Below, in pieces: positions 33,558-44,853 of a stretch of DNA of 64,000 nt (its first letter is position 1; each line of letters opens with the position of its first letter). The DNA is from an uncultured virus (IMG/VR IMGVR_UViG_3300025327_000500) (Duplodnaviria; Heunggongvirae; Uroviricota; Caudoviricetes): IMG/VR virus record IMGVR_UViG_3300025327_000500, one strand, 5' to 3'. Under the pieces are notes generated by a model. The model saw only the letters and a list, made by a program, of their open reading frames with translations, was not told the DNA's origin and searched no databases. The position numbers and the translations under genes are program-made.

Positions 33558-34554
33558 AATTATTGGTGGAAAGATAGAACCTATTAAGCGCATTCCACTA
33601 GGATTATATTCCTTCGATAAGGCATTTGAAAATAATCGAGGAGAAATCGGTATTCCCGTTCGTGGAATTGTAGAAATTGCAGGTCCTACTGGATGTGGAA
33701 AGACTACTGCTACTCTCAGCCTTGCAGGAATGTTGGGAGCAAAAGAAAATAAAGATATTGGGTTTGCGTTTATAGAAAGTTTCGATCCTACAACACTAGC
33801 AGACATCATACAATCCACATCATTTTCTGGATCACTCTACCCAATTGTAGAAAAATCTGACGAGGAAACTTTAGATGCTCTGGTAGATATTCTACGAGAA
33901 CAAAATGTAATGGTTGGCATCTTCGATAGTATTGGTGCAATCTCTCCTCTCTCAGAAGCCCAAGGAGAGATTGGAGAAGCTAATATGGGCAGACGTGCAA
34001 AGGCTTTAGCTCAATTTTCTCGTAAGGTAGAACATCTTCTATATACTAATCCACATAAAATTGTATTTATGAACAATCATGTTCATCCTAAAATTGGAGG
34101 TCGGGGAACTATCACACCCGGAGGAGAAACTACAAAATATATCGCTACTCTAAACATTCGTTTGAAAAGAGCATACTATAAGAATACATGGGAAGAATTT
34201 CCTGATGGTTCTTATGTCTTAGAAGGGAAAGTGGAAAAGAATAGATTTGGATTTGAAAATAGAATTTTCAATTTGGTTATATTAGGAGGAAAAGGTATCC
34301 ATCCTGGTCTAACAGCAATGTATGATTGTATCCAATTGAAGATTGCTAATCGAGGTAGAGGCAACAAAGTTACAATTGGCGATACCGATTTTGGTACTTT
34401 TAGAACTATCTTCGGCAAAGCACATGAGGGAAATGAGGATTTCTTTAGACCCTTCTTTGATGCTTTGCAAACATCTAAGCCAGATGTAGAAGAAATCAGA
34501 ACTGATAATAAGGAAGAAACTAATAATGATACCGAATTTGACAATCCTGAATAA
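33547..34554 (+). CDS. recA: RecA-family recombinase
   Basis: VEIAGPTGCGKTT, FDSIGA, TPGG, VEKNRFG. Confidence 0.9.
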   Translation: MQFRIIGGKIEPIKRIPLGLYSFDKAFENNRGEIGIPVRGIVEIAGPTGCGKTTATLSLAGMLGAKENKDIGFAFIESFDPTTLADIIQSTSFSGSLYPIVEKSDEETLDALVDILREQNVMVGIFDSIGAISPLSEAQGEIGEANMGRRAKALAQFSRKVEHLLYTNPHKIVFMNNHVHPKIGGRGTITPGGETTKYIATLNIRLKRAYYKNTWEEFPDGSYVLEGKVEKNRFGFENRIFNLVILGGKGIHPGLTAMYDCIQLKIANRGRGNKVTIGDTDFGTFRTIFGKAHEGNEDFFRPFFDALQTSKPDVEEIRTDNKEETNNDTEFDNPE

Positions 34555-35041
34555 ACAAGAAGGTATTTATGCTTCCTGGAAATCTGAACATAAAATTACT
34601 CGAATAGATACGATTATGGAAACATCCATACCTATAAATTCTCGCTATGCAGGTCTTGACCCTGGAACTCGACATATTGGAATAGCATTGGGAACTATAT
34701 TGTGGGAAATTGAAATGGAAAGAGCTGATACTACTCCAATGAGAATGATCCATATATGGAGATTATTGAATGAATTAATTCCTTACGCTAAATATTTGAC
34801 TATCGAGGGTGCTAGTTATGCAGATAGATACCGGCAAGTAGAATTACAAGATATTCGTTGTGGAGCTACTTGTTGGGCTATGAATGACTCAAGAAATATC
34901 GAGGTTCAAATAGTCCCACCCCTCACTATTCGTAAAGCTGTATTCGGTTCTGCCAAGGTAAAAAATCCTTGGAAAGAATTAGGCATACCTGATAACGCTG
35001 CCGCTGCATTAGGTTGTGCTTTATATCCTATAATGAAATAA
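34526..35041 (+). CDS. RuvC-like Holliday junction resolvase
   Basis: GLDPGTRHIGIA, TIEG, VPPLTIRK..FG, DNAAAA. Confidence 0.75.
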   Translation: MIPNLTILNKQEGIYASWKSEHKITRIDTIMETSIPINSRYAGLDPGTRHIGIALGTILWEIEMERADTTPMRMIHIWRLLNELIPYAKYLTIEGASYADRYRQVELQDIRCGATCWAMNDSRNIEVQIVPPLTIRKAVFGSAKVKNPWKELGIPDNAAAALGCALYPIMK

Positions 35042-35267
35042 TGGGGGCATAGATTACACACTCCTTACCATTTCTGGCAAACACTACTCTGGAGATTAGC
35101 TTACCATCTGTAATTAATTTTTCAGCCATTCCTGTTGCTCTTCGTTCACTTACATTCCATAATCTAGCTAATTCTCGAATAGACTTCTCGTAAGGTTGTT
35201 TCTTTGCATATTGTATTCCTACAATTTGGTCTATTTCTTTCCATAATTCTTCATAACTTTTAGGCAT
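35028..35267 (-). CDS. small winged-HTH-like protein
   Basis: SIRELARLWNVSERRA. Confidence 0.55.
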   Translation of the reverse strand: MPKSYEELWKEIDQIVGIQYAKKQPYEKSIRELARLWNVSERRATGMAEKLITDGKLISRVVFARNGKECVIYAPIISL

Positions 35268-36133
35268 TAGAATATTTCCTTATTTCTTATGTCGAGGGTC
35301 TTTCTGTACCACCAGGGAAAGAATGTAATCTTATCATTGGTATTTATAATCTCTAATGCTACCATACCAACAGTAACCAGATAAACACCTTTCGTTATCT
35401 GCCTGGCAAAATCTCCAGGAAAGCATAGCGGGGGTGTTATTATTCCACAAGTCCTATGATCCTCTATAACAATCCACTCTTCTATTGGCTCATGCGTATG
35501 TGCCCTCACAATTACATCCGGTGGCTTTATTCCTCGCATCAATTCTTGTGTTATCAAACTACGAATGTAATATCTAAACTCATTCCCTCGAAGCCATACC
35601 CTTCTACCGGCATGAGGCCCATGATGAGTTACATCTACTAAAGCTCCATTTATATTCAATAAACCATAGTATTGAGTTTTTATATCTACCTTCGGATACT
35701 TTGTTTTCAAGTAGTTTTCAACTAAGACATCTGAAGAGTTCTCTCCCAGGCTGTGAGAAGGTGTTCCTGAAAGCAGCCTCATCTTTTTGACGTTCTTATA
35801 CTGCAACCAAATTTCGAGATTTTTGGTTGCAATTAAAATTTGATCTGAGATTTTGTTTGATAATAATTTTTCGGGGTATTTTATACCTTGAGTTACGTCT
35901 CCCATGTGAAAAGGAAATACTTCATCCTTACCTGCAAACACCATAATTTCTTGCATAAATGGTATATATACTTCATTCCACAAAAATTCCTGGATTGAAT
36001 TTAGTTTTGGCTTTGCTGTTTGAACAACACCATCAGGCGATTCGATTGAAAGTTCTGTATCTGGATTGAGTAAGCCTAATGAACTCCCTGCATGTGTATC
36101 CCCAAAGAAAGGTACAATAATTCGTTTCGACAA
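35267..36133 (-). CDS. calcineurin-like metallophosphoesterase
   Basis: GDTHAG, HMGDV, GTPSH, HHG, RAHTH. Confidence 0.75.
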   Translation of the reverse strand: MSKRIIVPFFGDTHAGSSLGLLNPDTELSIESPDGVVQTAKPKLNSIQEFLWNEVYIPFMQEIMVFAGKDEVFPFHMGDVTQGIKYPEKLLSNKISDQILIATKNLEIWLQYKNVKKMRLLSGTPSHSLGENSSDVLVENYLKTKYPKVDIKTQYYGLLNINGALVDVTHHGPHAGRRVWLRGNEFRYYIRSLITQELMRGIKPPDVIVRAHTHEPIEEWIVIEDHRTCGIITPPLCFPGDFARQITKGVYLVTVGMVALEIINTNDKITFFPWWYRKTLDIRNKEIF

Positions 36134-36159
36134 AAGGTTTTCCCTTCCATAAAAAGAAC

Positions 36160-37059
36160 CTATTCAATCCTTTTCATGTATGAAATTCCATTATAATTTA
36201 CTGCACTCCACCCATCATTATCTTTTATCCAAAAGTTTTTACCCCCAAATTCTAGTACAGTAACTATATCTCCAACTTTTCTTTGTCCAACACTGTTACC
36301 AGCTATAATCTGTGGCTCAGAACGAATATGTAAACCATCCACAAGCACTTCATATTTTACAAGCTGAGATGGAGGTTGAACAATTGCTCCATATTCTCTT
36401 TCAAAATCTTCTTTAGTTCCATTGTAATAGCTTATATCAATGTCATTATCTCCAACAGGATAACCTGGAAATCCAAATTCAATCGCTCTTCCATTTCCAT
36501 TAGCTTCTTTTTGCCAAAATTTCCATGTAGGCCAATCTCTAAATTTATATCGCCCATCTCCCCAAGGACTAAGCAAAGGATCACTTGTCCATCTTGCAGC
36601 CCATAAGTCTATTGTAGACCATAATGGATCAGGAGCGATGCCAAAATCCCATGTCGTTTGTCGAGTGTAAATTATTACTTTGAAGCCAAAGGATTGCAAT
36701 TGATGAATTATTTTCTTGATATTTTCGGCTGCAATTGTTGGAGTTTCTGCAAATTCTTCTACATCTACAACCGCAGGCAATTTCATCTGCTCTTGATATG
36801 GTTTTAGTAGATTAGCAAAATATCTTCCCTGAATATTCCCATCAAATTTAGGTCGAGAGTAAAAGTATGCTCCAAATGGAACAGAATATTGGATTGCATC
36901 TGAAACATTTTCGTGGAAAATATAATCGGTATATGGAAGTCCATTAGAATTATCTATTGAACCTGCCCGAATAAATGTTGCAATAGCTCCAGAGGCAATA
37001 GCTTTTGGAAAATAGCATCGCTTGTTCCAATGAGATTGATCGAGAATTATTCCAAGCAT
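36160..37059 (-). CDS. endolysin, GH25 muramidase with C-terminal SH3b-like domain
   Basis: LDQSHWN, GAYFY, VDVE, IYT, LWAARW, FWQ, DIDIS; LHIRSEP...GW. Confidence 0.88.
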   Translation of the reverse strand: MLGIILDQSHWNKRCYFPKAIASGAIATFIRAGSIDNSNGLPYTDYIFHENVSDAIQYSVPFGAYFYSRPKFDGNIQGRYFANLLKPYQEQMKLPAVVDVEEFAETPTIAAENIKKIIHQLQSFGFKVIIYTRQTTWDFGIAPDPLWSTIDLWAARWTSDPLLSPWGDGRYKFRDWPTWKFWQKEANGNGRAIEFGFPGYPVGDNDIDISYYNGTKEDFEREYGAIVQPPSQLVKYEVLVDGLHIRSEPQIIAGNSVGQRKVGDIVTVLEFGGKNFWIKDNDGWSAVNYNGISYMKRIE

Positions 37060-37065
37060 AATAAC

Positions 37066-37314
37066 TTAATTACTCCATAATCTTGCAATACGTGTAAAGA
37101 CCAAGATAAAGCTAATCCAAGCAACAATGACACCAACAATATGAAAGGGGCGTCCTGATTGAGTTGCAAGATTTTCCCATGTAATCGGTATGCCCTTGAG
37201 GATAAGTACGAATAAATGGTCAATGTCCAAACTAAGGCCAAAACAGATACCAATGATCCAAAAAAAGCATGTTGCAATAAATCCAAAAACCACATACTTA
37301 ATTCCATCTTTCAA
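37066..37314 (-). CDS. small membrane protein (lysis-associated?)
   Basis: TTG start right after the upstream stop; TM-LDIDH...GRPFH-TM; an overlapping alternative frame (37047-37307) cannot be excluded. Confidence 0.4.
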   Translation of the reverse strand: MKDGIKYVVFGFIATCFFWIIGICFGLSLDIDHLFVLILKGIPITWENLATQSGRPFHIVGVIVAWISFILVFTRIARLWSN

Positions 37315-37315
37315 G

Positions 37316-38059
37316 CTATATTCCCCATCTATAGACTTTATTAATTTCCTCAGGAGAACTAGAACGATTAAGTAAAATTGCATGAACTAACCAACCCAAC
37401 CAAACATTAGATGTTGCACTACTACTTGCAGCACCTATAACTGTTGTAGTTGATGCCAATGAGCCTACCCATGTTTGCAAACCGGTTTGAGTAACACCAG
37501 ATTGGATACCATCTACAAATATTTTAACTTGATCTGCTGTTTTAGAAATAGTTATAGCCAAATGATGCCAATTGTATGTTGAAATAGTTGGAGCTACTAT
37601 TTCAAGGACATTAGATGCCTCCCACCACAAATCAAAACCATTATTAGCCGTACTTTTTTGTATTACAATTCTATTATCTGTGTCAGCTTGAAATCGAAGT
37701 ATGGAATGTGCTAAACCATCTGTTAACGAAGGACTATTGGGTTTGATCCATATTCCAACTGTGCATTCATTCGGATCGAAATCTGTTGATAATCCAGCAC
37801 TATATATATTAACAGTACCACTGATACCATTAATATATGGAGCTTTAGTTCTGGTTTTTGTTGGAGCATTCGTATCTGCAAACAATATTGGCCCAACATA
37901 AGTACCATTATTTACTTGTGGACTAGAATCTCTTGCGACTGTTCCAGCAGATTCATTCAGTTGCCAATATGCAACCAAAGAATTTCCAAATAAATTCTTT
38001 ATTCTATTTGCATATCGGATACCTGCTTTATTATAATCAAATAATAAAGGTATTGTCAT
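37316..38059 (-). CDS. LamG/concanavalin-like tail protein
   Basis: VAYWQLNE..GTVARDSS, TVGIWIK, WHHLAIT, IFVDG. Confidence 0.8.
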   Translation of the reverse strand: MTIPLLFDYNKAGIRYANRIKNLFGNSLVAYWQLNESAGTVARDSSPQVNNGTYVGPILFADTNAPTKTRTKAPYINGISGTVNIYSAGLSTDFDPNECTVGIWIKPNSPSLTDGLAHSILRFQADTDNRIVIQKSTANNGFDLWWEASNVLEIVAPTISTYNWHHLAITISKTADQVKIFVDGIQSGVTQTGLQTWVGSLASTTTVIGAASSSATSNVWLGWLVHAILLNRSSSPEEINKVYRWGI

Positions 38060-38358
38060 CCCTGTACCCAGGCTGATACATAACTTGAACCAGAAGAAGC
38101 ATTCTGATAAAACTCATTTAGATTATTTCCGCTAAACCAACCAGTATCATAACTAGATTCCATTTCATAAGGCAGTGGAAATTGACCCGTCACCCAAGCA
38201 GTACCTATAAAAAAAGAACCTGCATTTCCGCTTCTGGTTTTTAGACGAAACAATCTACCTGGAATATCTGGAAATCTGGATAAAGCATAAGTTCCAGTGA
38301 TTGTTATTAAAATATTCTTATCGAATGGATTGGAGAAGTAACTACGAATAGTTGTCAT
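38056..38358 (-). CDS. small tail-associated protein
   Basis: Operon position; N.G.FFIG motif. Confidence 0.55.
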   Translation of the reverse strand: MTTIRSYFSNPFDKNILITITGTYALSRFPDIPGRLFRLKTRSGNAGSFFIGTAWVTGQFPLPYEMESSYDTGWFSGNNLNEFYQNASSGSSYVSAWVQG

Positions 38359-38386
38359 ATAAAGCCTCCATGCTTATTTTACCACG

Positions 38387-39148
38387 TTAGAAGAAGTTTC
38401 TAAGATCATAGATATTATCCCACACAATTCTCGCTGTTCCACTGACTAGCCTTACAGCAGCTAATACTGTTCCTGTTGCTGGGCTAGGTAAGTAAGGAGT
38501 AATTGCTGCTGATCCAGTTATTGTTCCAGCAAATAAGCCTCCAGTTACGATCCAAGGATTGCCTTCATTTCCTAATCCAATCAGCATCATTCTTGCATTG
38601 CCATCTGTGGGTTTTGCTACCAATAAACTAGGTGTGCCAGTTCCACCTAATACCTGCCATTGGTTATTTCTATAAACTATATCCTGATTAATAATTACCG
38701 ACCCACCACCAGCACTTCCAGAGGGTGTAACCAGCAAAGGCATAATCTGTTCTGAATACACCCAAACTATATCCCCACCTCCACCGAACTCTGGTGCAAA
38801 ACTATGTTGATTACCATGTCTAGGCAGATAAGGACTTACAGTTTGCCAATTGGCATATCTGGATGTTTCTCTACCCACTACTACATATCGAGTGGTATCT
38901 ATTGTATCTCTGGATATTAGTACAGGTAATCCATAAACAGGAGAAACGGATTGATTGGAGGCTTGAATTATCTCAGATAGATTATCTCGAAGCCTGACGT
39001 AAACGTAACCAATCCTGTTAGGAACTTCTACAAGGTATTGACCATTGATTAGAAAACCTAAGATGCCAGAAATATAATCTTTACGATCTTCTTTCTGCTT
39101 GTTAGAAAGTGTTAGAGATTCTTGTAATCGTTTACGTCCTACAGCCAT
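38387..39148 (-). CDS. baseplate/tail-tip protein
   Basis: Follows the hub-like gene. Confidence 0.5.
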   Translation of the reverse strand: MAVGRKRLQESLTLSNKQKEDRKDYISGILGFLINGQYLVEVPNRIGYVYVRLRDNLSEIIQASNQSVSPVYGLPVLISRDTIDTTRYVVVGRETSRYANWQTVSPYLPRHGNQHSFAPEFGGGGDIVWVYSEQIMPLLVTPSGSAGGGSVIINQDIVYRNNQWQVLGGTGTPSLLVAKPTDGNARMMLIGLGNEGNPWIVTGGLFAGTITGSAAITPYLPSPATGTVLAAVRLVSGTARIVWDNIYDLRNFF

Positions 39149-39154
39149 ATAACC

Positions 39155-41602
39155 TCAAGAGTAAACAATATAAATTCCGGTGAGACCTAAAGCCTTTGTA
39201 AATGTGCCCAATGATCCATCTCTTTGAAACCAAGCACCAATTAATTCTCCTCCCAAAACTGGAATATCAAGAGGCAATACTAACTGAATATTGTCTACAG
39301 CTACTGTAATAGAAATATATTCATATCCAGCAGCATAGTACGTGTCATCCGAATATGTTAAAGAACCGGCTGAAAATGTTCTTTTTCCTGCCTCTATAAG
39401 AGCAAAAATAGTTCCATTTACGCCCGGCGCTCCTACTGGCATAACTCCGGTATAAATTGTTATAGTTCCAGCATAATTGTCTGGAACACGAAAACTAACC
39501 CAAGCCTCTCCAGAAGGCCAAGCAGTATTTAATAATAGATGAGAAGTACCTCGACTTGGTTCAATGAATGCGTCCCACCCATATTGTGCATTCCAACCAG
39601 CTATAAAAGGTACGTAAACAGGACGACTATCACTTGGAAATGTAATAATAGGATAAGCCGGAATAGCCGGAATTTGTAATGTAGGTACAGTAAATCCACC
39701 ACCCGTTGTTAGATTAGTAGTGGGAGGAACAGGAGGAATAACAATCGTAGCTCCATCTATTCCCTGTGTAATTTCATGTAAATCTACATTCGGTAAGAAC
39801 ATTTCTTTAGATGGATCATATTCAAAGTCCATTCCAGAGATAACAAAATTCTTTCTGTTCCAAGATATTCCACGAATATTATCATCAGATGATACTGTAA
39901 GCTGTACTTTTTCAATTGGTGCAATATCCAAGTTTCGATAATGTCCAGACAAAGCTAATTGCACACTTGGATACCTAGAATTTTTCCAGGCAAAAGCATT
40001 ACCGACTAAAGTATTTAGTTGCGCCTGAGATGCTAAAGCTAGTCCTGATAATCTTTGAATAGAACCTCTATAAGATGGAGATGCCCCAGGCGAGGAGGCT
40101 AAAAGTGGAGTAGATTCAAATCCAGGCCCAGGAAAATATATGCCTCCCATCTCAAGGAATGAAACTGATCTATTGGTTACTTCATTGATTCTTATATCTC
40201 CAATCCAATCAAATTTTTCTAAAGATATATTCAATGGGAATGTATTTGAAGCATTGTTAGTTGCAGCAGCAGAAATTTCGACCCACATTTTTCCAGAACG
40301 ATTACAAACAGCCTCGCCTGCTAATGCTCCTTCCATTATAGAAAGTATGGCTGAATAGATTGATTCTCTATCTGCATCGAAGAATTGTATATCCTGATCT
40401 GTTCCAGAAAACTCAAAATCATTCGTCATTAGTACCGTAGAATGCCAACGTAGATAATGATACAAAGCACGCTTGACATTCATATTTTTTACAACGGCCC
40501 AGGATGAGGGAATGTTTTCATTTACAGATGGTTCATTTGCCGGATCAGAAGAACTGTTTACTCCCACTGCAAATGCTTCTATCAATTTCATCATCTCAGA
40601 CGGAGAACCAACAGTAAATTCTAAGGATGAGTTCCTATAATTGATAGAAATACTTCCATCTAATATGTAACCTATAAAGACAATTGAACCTCTGTTTAGA
40701 GCAGTACCGATACTTTGTTTAGTTTGTCCATAATAGTCATCAGAAAATATGACTACCAATGCTCCATCTACAATCGAACCAAATTGTTCGTACACAGAAA
40801 TTTTTGCAGAGTAACCTCCTGCGTCCCTCGAACCTCCTAAGGATTGCAAGCTCCATCTGAGTATAGGAACATTTACACCACTTTCAGGACGGTCATAAAT
40901 GGAAACATGTCTATAAGAAGTGTCTACTGTTCCACTTGGAGTTGTTACTTGTAATCGAGTTGTGTAATAACCTGGTGTGTTATAGACTATATTACCAGGT
41001 GTGTGAGAAGATGATCCAGTGGTTGTAGCGCCTTGAAACCACCAATTATAAGTTACTGCATCTCCCATCACATTAGATGTTCCAGAGGCAGTATAGTAGA
41101 CCTGATGACTTCCACCCTCCAGAAAACCAGCATAATGTGAACCCATACACACGAATGATCCATTGACATCATTTTGAAGTGTGTAGACCGTATCGTAATC
41201 TTTATACCAGATTGTATTTTCAAGATCGGCAGGGTCTTGGATAATTCTTGGGAAGATTGCATTGATTTCCCAAAATCGTATGATAGTTAGATATTGATTA
41301 TCAACCCAACTAATATCTGCATTTTCAGCAACAGTGATTTGAGAGGCAGTGGCGCTTCTAACCCTAATCTTGCCAACATCTGATGCTCCTGGTGTGCTAC
41401 CTACATACATTGTCATACCAGATTCAACAGATGCGAAAGAACCGCTGGTCACAGTATCATAATTGATTTGATAAGACCCAACAGCATGAGTACCAGATAC
41501 CTGACAAGCCAAAACTGTTGGAGGCTTATACACACTAAGCCATAATCGAGTAGATTGTGGTCTGGTTCTAAGCAAAGTAAGTTCTGATGCGCTGGGTATC
41601 AT
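39155..41602 (-). CDS. tail tip / baseplate hub protein with PKD-like insert
   Basis: Two genes after tape measure; TYNWWFQG...YNTPGYYTTRLQVT. Confidence 0.65.
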   Translation of the reverse strand: MIPSASELTLLRTRPQSTRLWLSVYKPPTVLACQVSGTHAVGSYQINYDTVTSGSFASVESGMTMYVGSTPGASDVGKIRVRSATASQITVAENADISWVDNQYLTIIRFWEINAIFPRIIQDPADLENTIWYKDYDTVYTLQNDVNGSFVCMGSHYAGFLEGGSHQVYYTASGTSNVMGDAVTYNWWFQGATTTGSSSHTPGNIVYNTPGYYTTRLQVTTPSGTVDTSYRHVSIYDRPESGVNVPILRWSLQSLGGSRDAGGYSAKISVYEQFGSIVDGALVVIFSDDYYGQTKQSIGTALNRGSIVFIGYILDGSISINYRNSSLEFTVGSPSEMMKLIEAFAVGVNSSSDPANEPSVNENIPSSWAVVKNMNVKRALYHYLRWHSTVLMTNDFEFSGTDQDIQFFDADRESIYSAILSIMEGALAGEAVCNRSGKMWVEISAAATNNASNTFPLNISLEKFDWIGDIRINEVTNRSVSFLEMGGIYFPGPGFESTPLLASSPGASPSYRGSIQRLSGLALASQAQLNTLVGNAFAWKNSRYPSVQLALSGHYRNLDIAPIEKVQLTVSSDDNIRGISWNRKNFVISGMDFEYDPSKEMFLPNVDLHEITQGIDGATIVIPPVPPTTNLTTGGGFTVPTLQIPAIPAYPIITFPSDSRPVYVPFIAGWNAQYGWDAFIEPSRGTSHLLLNTAWPSGEAWVSFRVPDNYAGTITIYTGVMPVGAPGVNGTIFALIEAGKRTFSAGSLTYSDDTYYAAGYEYISITVAVDNIQLVLPLDIPVLGGELIGAWFQRDGSLGTFTKALGLTGIYIVYS

Positions 41603-41946
41603 ATACGGATTTTGCTTACAAGGAGAACAACATCAGAAACATGCTCTGCAAAATAATTTCCGAACTCTGGTTGGTGTACTATACATCCAGAATAAGAATA
41701 AAATGTATATTCGCTGTGAGCAAATCTAGGTAAATCTACTACGACTGTTCCTGTTATGGTAATAGAATTGAAGAACTGCTGAAGTTGGTATGTTCCAGAT
41801 GGATTATTCAAATTCCATTTAATTTCAAACTCTCTGATAGCTGGATAGATAGGATGCCCATTTCCATCAATATTAATAGGAGATTGAGTTACCCAATGAC
41901 CATAAGTAGGCTGGATAATAAATTCTACTCCATTGATTTTATACAT
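41599..41946 (-). CDS. distal tail protein-like
   Basis: 115 aa directly after tape measure. Confidence 0.55.
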   Translation of the reverse strand: MYKINGVEFIIQPTYGHWVTQSPINIDGNGHPIYPAIREFEIKWNLNNPSGTYQLQQFFNSITITGTVVVDLPRFAHSEYTFYSYSGCIVHQPEFGNYFAEHVSDVVLLVSKIRI

Positions 41947-44853
41947 TTAGAGCGCCTCTCTTACTCGATTATTTTCTATAATCACATTTGCAACACCATT
42001 CAAGGCTTGATCTACAATGCTGGCTTCCAATCCAGGAGATAACATTATCCGAATACCTAGATTACCTTGAGCATTACCACCCATCATACCCCCCAAGAGT
42101 TTAGGTAACTGGTCAAGTTTATTCAAAGGAGCAAAAATAGCTACCTCAGGAACTTCTCCAAATGTGGCTGTAACTGGTTGACGAGCTATCATTGCTCCAC
42201 CAGATGCAAATGGCTTTGTTGGGTCTTGTGTAATTGTTGTCGGTGTTAATTTTGGTGTGCGACTTGGAGGCCCTTGAGGATACTGAGATTTGATATTTCC
42301 AATGGCATTTACATAAGCTAAATATCCCTCATATACTCTTCTTGCCAATCCTCCCTCACCAAAGTAAGCTAAGAGAACTCTAAGTACCTGATCTGCTCCC
42401 ATTTTAGCCAATGCAGCTTGTTTGGCAACGGCCTCAGCCATAATAGCAATCTTATCATCTTCGAATTTTTGAAGTTCAGTTAACTCAGTTTCATATTGCA
42501 ACATCCGTCTGAGTGTTTCAGCTTTCTCCTGATCCTCCTGGTTTCGTTTAGCCTCCAAATAAGCAATATATCGCTCGTAGTTTTCACGGGCTAATTTTAT
42601 TTTCAAATCTTCTAAGTCACGTTCGTATTTACGTTGTGCTTCTTCACGTTCTCTCTGTGCTTGACGCCGTAACTCAGCAATGCGTTGTGCTAACTCGAAT
42701 TGCAAATCACGTAAGCGAGCATCCCGTCTACGGGCAATCTCTTCTAATTCTTGTTTGTAACCTTCCTCATTGCCTACCTTAGCGGCCTCATTTTCTCTTC
42801 GTGCTCTTTCTTGTTCTAACTTATAAGCCCGCCTCGCTCTCAAAACTGCCCTGGCATCTCTGTTTTCTAAGGCTTCTTCCAAGTCTATTAGATAATCTTC
42901 ACGCAAGCGTAATAATTCTTCTTGGAATTTACGCTCACGCTCAATTTCTTTCTGACGATAATCTTCTGCTGCTTTAGCTATATCTTCTTGGAATTTTATA
43001 GCTACTTCTTTTACATCAAAAGCATACCGGATATTAGCCTCAGAAATACCGACATCTAAGTTTCTGTCTATATCTGCTAACCGTTGTTGTAAATCTCTAG
43101 CTAAATCTGCTCTACGGTGGGCTGCATCTCTTTCCAACTTATCCAAATCTTCAAGATAATCACGTTCAATCTTTAGCCTATCACCAACACCATCTTGCTC
43201 TATTTTAGCTAAATCTTTCTGCAAGTCCTCATTCAATTTCTTTCGCTTTTCGGCTGTTTCTTCTTCTAGAGTAAGAGTTTTATTACCTGCATCTTCTATG
43301 GCGCTTATTAATCTATCTACATTTTCATCCCATATCTCTTTTCCCAATCCAACTTGTTCACCAAATATACCCTCCCGAATGGATATTTTGGGTTGCTTTA
43401 GATTTAATTCTATATCCACAATAACTTCTTTATCCCTAAAAGCACTCAAAAGACGAGAAAAGAAAGTCTCTACAAATATTTCAGCAGTATCAACAGCTTT
43501 ATCAAACCAAAATTTTCCGCTGAAAATTTTCCCTTCACTTATTATCTTTTCTGTTTCTTCTATGCTTTCTCCCCAAGATGTCAAAACAGCACCAAAAGCA
43601 TCAACAACAGCTATAAAAGGAGTAAATACTTTTATAATTACTCTCAATGTATTGTAAAAAGTAATCAATAAATTATTCCATGCTTTTTGCAATGGAAGAA
43701 TATCTTTACCCAATAATGCCTTTTGATCTACTAATTGTGCATTGGTAATCTCTAAACCGCCTGCTAATGTAGTCTGATATGTTGCAAGATCGTTTGCATA
43801 TAAAGCGGCCTGTTCTAGTAAGATTATTTGGGTTGCCATAGCCCTTTGTTGTTCTGTTAGTGCCGTATATCCACCCTCAAAACCTAATGTAGCAGCCTTC
43901 TCAGCAATGGTAAGACGGTTAATAGAAACACCCAAACGTTGCAAACCTTCTGTATAACCAGAAGATAGAGCTAAAGCTATTGTTCTCTGTACGTCATCCA
44001 TTGCCCTACCATTTACCACAGCAAAGGTAGCCACAGCCTTTTGTAATTCAAATATCTCATCTTTCGTAAATCCAAGATTACGGATAAGATTGGAAAACTG
44101 TGCAGCGCCTTCTATTAATTGGACTTTGGAAAATACCATTCCTAGACTGGCATTGATCTTATCTAGATTATTTAACATTTCTTGAGTTGTTATATCAATC
44201 CCAACCCTACGTAATGCTCGAATGCCTAATTCTAATTGGAATATAGCTTTGACAAATTTATTGGCTTTTTCTGCTGCCTCTGTAAGTAGAGATATAAATT
44301 GTCTAAATACTCCTATAATTGAACCACCTAACAATCCAGCGAATACAAATTTTAGAATATCTCCAATACCTTTGATTGTAACCCCAAAAATCTTGAAGCC
44401 TTTTTCTGCTGTCTTAGCCTCGGCGGTAGTTTCTCTCAAAGCTCCACCCACAGATGCTCTAAAGTGTTCACCTTCGATGGATATTTTCATTAATTCGTCT
44501 TTTAATTCTCTAAAACGTGCCACATTTGGAGCTAGTTCGTCTAACTTTACTGCTTGGGTTGGAGATGGAGGCGTTTCTTTGAGAAGTCTGTTATATTCTT
44601 GCACAGATTTTCTAAGTTCTTGCATCTCTTCTCTGATTTCTCGTATTCTCTTTTTAGATTCTTCGCTGAAAGCTAATCTTAGAGATGTAGCCACTTCTTT
44701 GAAAGATTGACCAGTCTCTTTGGCAGTGCTTTTCATAGTCTCTTTCATGGCATCAATCTCTTGACGAAGTTTTTGTGTATCATCAAAAGACTTTTGCGTC
44801 TCCACTACAATTCGCCAGATTATAGTTTCATCAGCATTAGTTGGAGTTGCCAT
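41947..44853 (-). CDS. tape measure protein
   Basis: 968 aa, helical/coiled-coil, hydrophobic patches, C-terminal FASGG...GEVPEVAIFAPL. Confidence 0.88.
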   Translation of the reverse strand: MATPTNADETIIWRIVVETQKSFDDTQKLRQEIDAMKETMKSTAKETGQSFKEVATSLRLAFSEESKKRIREIREEMQELRKSVQEYNRLLKETPPSPTQAVKLDELAPNVARFRELKDELMKISIEGEHFRASVGGALRETTAEAKTAEKGFKIFGVTIKGIGDILKFVFAGLLGGSIIGVFRQFISLLTEAAEKANKFVKAIFQLELGIRALRRVGIDITTQEMLNNLDKINASLGMVFSKVQLIEGAAQFSNLIRNLGFTKDEIFELQKAVATFAVVNGRAMDDVQRTIALALSSGYTEGLQRLGVSINRLTIAEKAATLGFEGGYTALTEQQRAMATQIILLEQAALYANDLATYQTTLAGGLEITNAQLVDQKALLGKDILPLQKAWNNLLITFYNTLRVIIKVFTPFIAVVDAFGAVLTSWGESIEETEKIISEGKIFSGKFWFDKAVDTAEIFVETFFSRLLSAFRDKEVIVDIELNLKQPKISIREGIFGEQVGLGKEIWDENVDRLISAIEDAGNKTLTLEEETAEKRKKLNEDLQKDLAKIEQDGVGDRLKIERDYLEDLDKLERDAAHRRADLARDLQQRLADIDRNLDVGISEANIRYAFDVKEVAIKFQEDIAKAAEDYRQKEIERERKFQEELLRLREDYLIDLEEALENRDARAVLRARRAYKLEQERARRENEAAKVGNEEGYKQELEEIARRRDARLRDLQFELAQRIAELRRQAQREREEAQRKYERDLEDLKIKLARENYERYIAYLEAKRNQEDQEKAETLRRMLQYETELTELQKFEDDKIAIMAEAVAKQAALAKMGADQVLRVLLAYFGEGGLARRVYEGYLAYVNAIGNIKSQYPQGPPSRTPKLTPTTITQDPTKPFASGGAMIARQPVTATFGEVPEVAIFAPLNKLDQLPKLLGGMMGGNAQGNLGIRIMLSPGLEASIVDQALNGVANVIIENNRVREAL

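Noticed and set aside
43298..44710. Long antisense ORFs inside the tape measure gene (also in capsid, scaffold and fibre genes)
   Set aside because: Low-complexity mirror translations with no domain motifs or RBS, unlike the HNH inside the intein.
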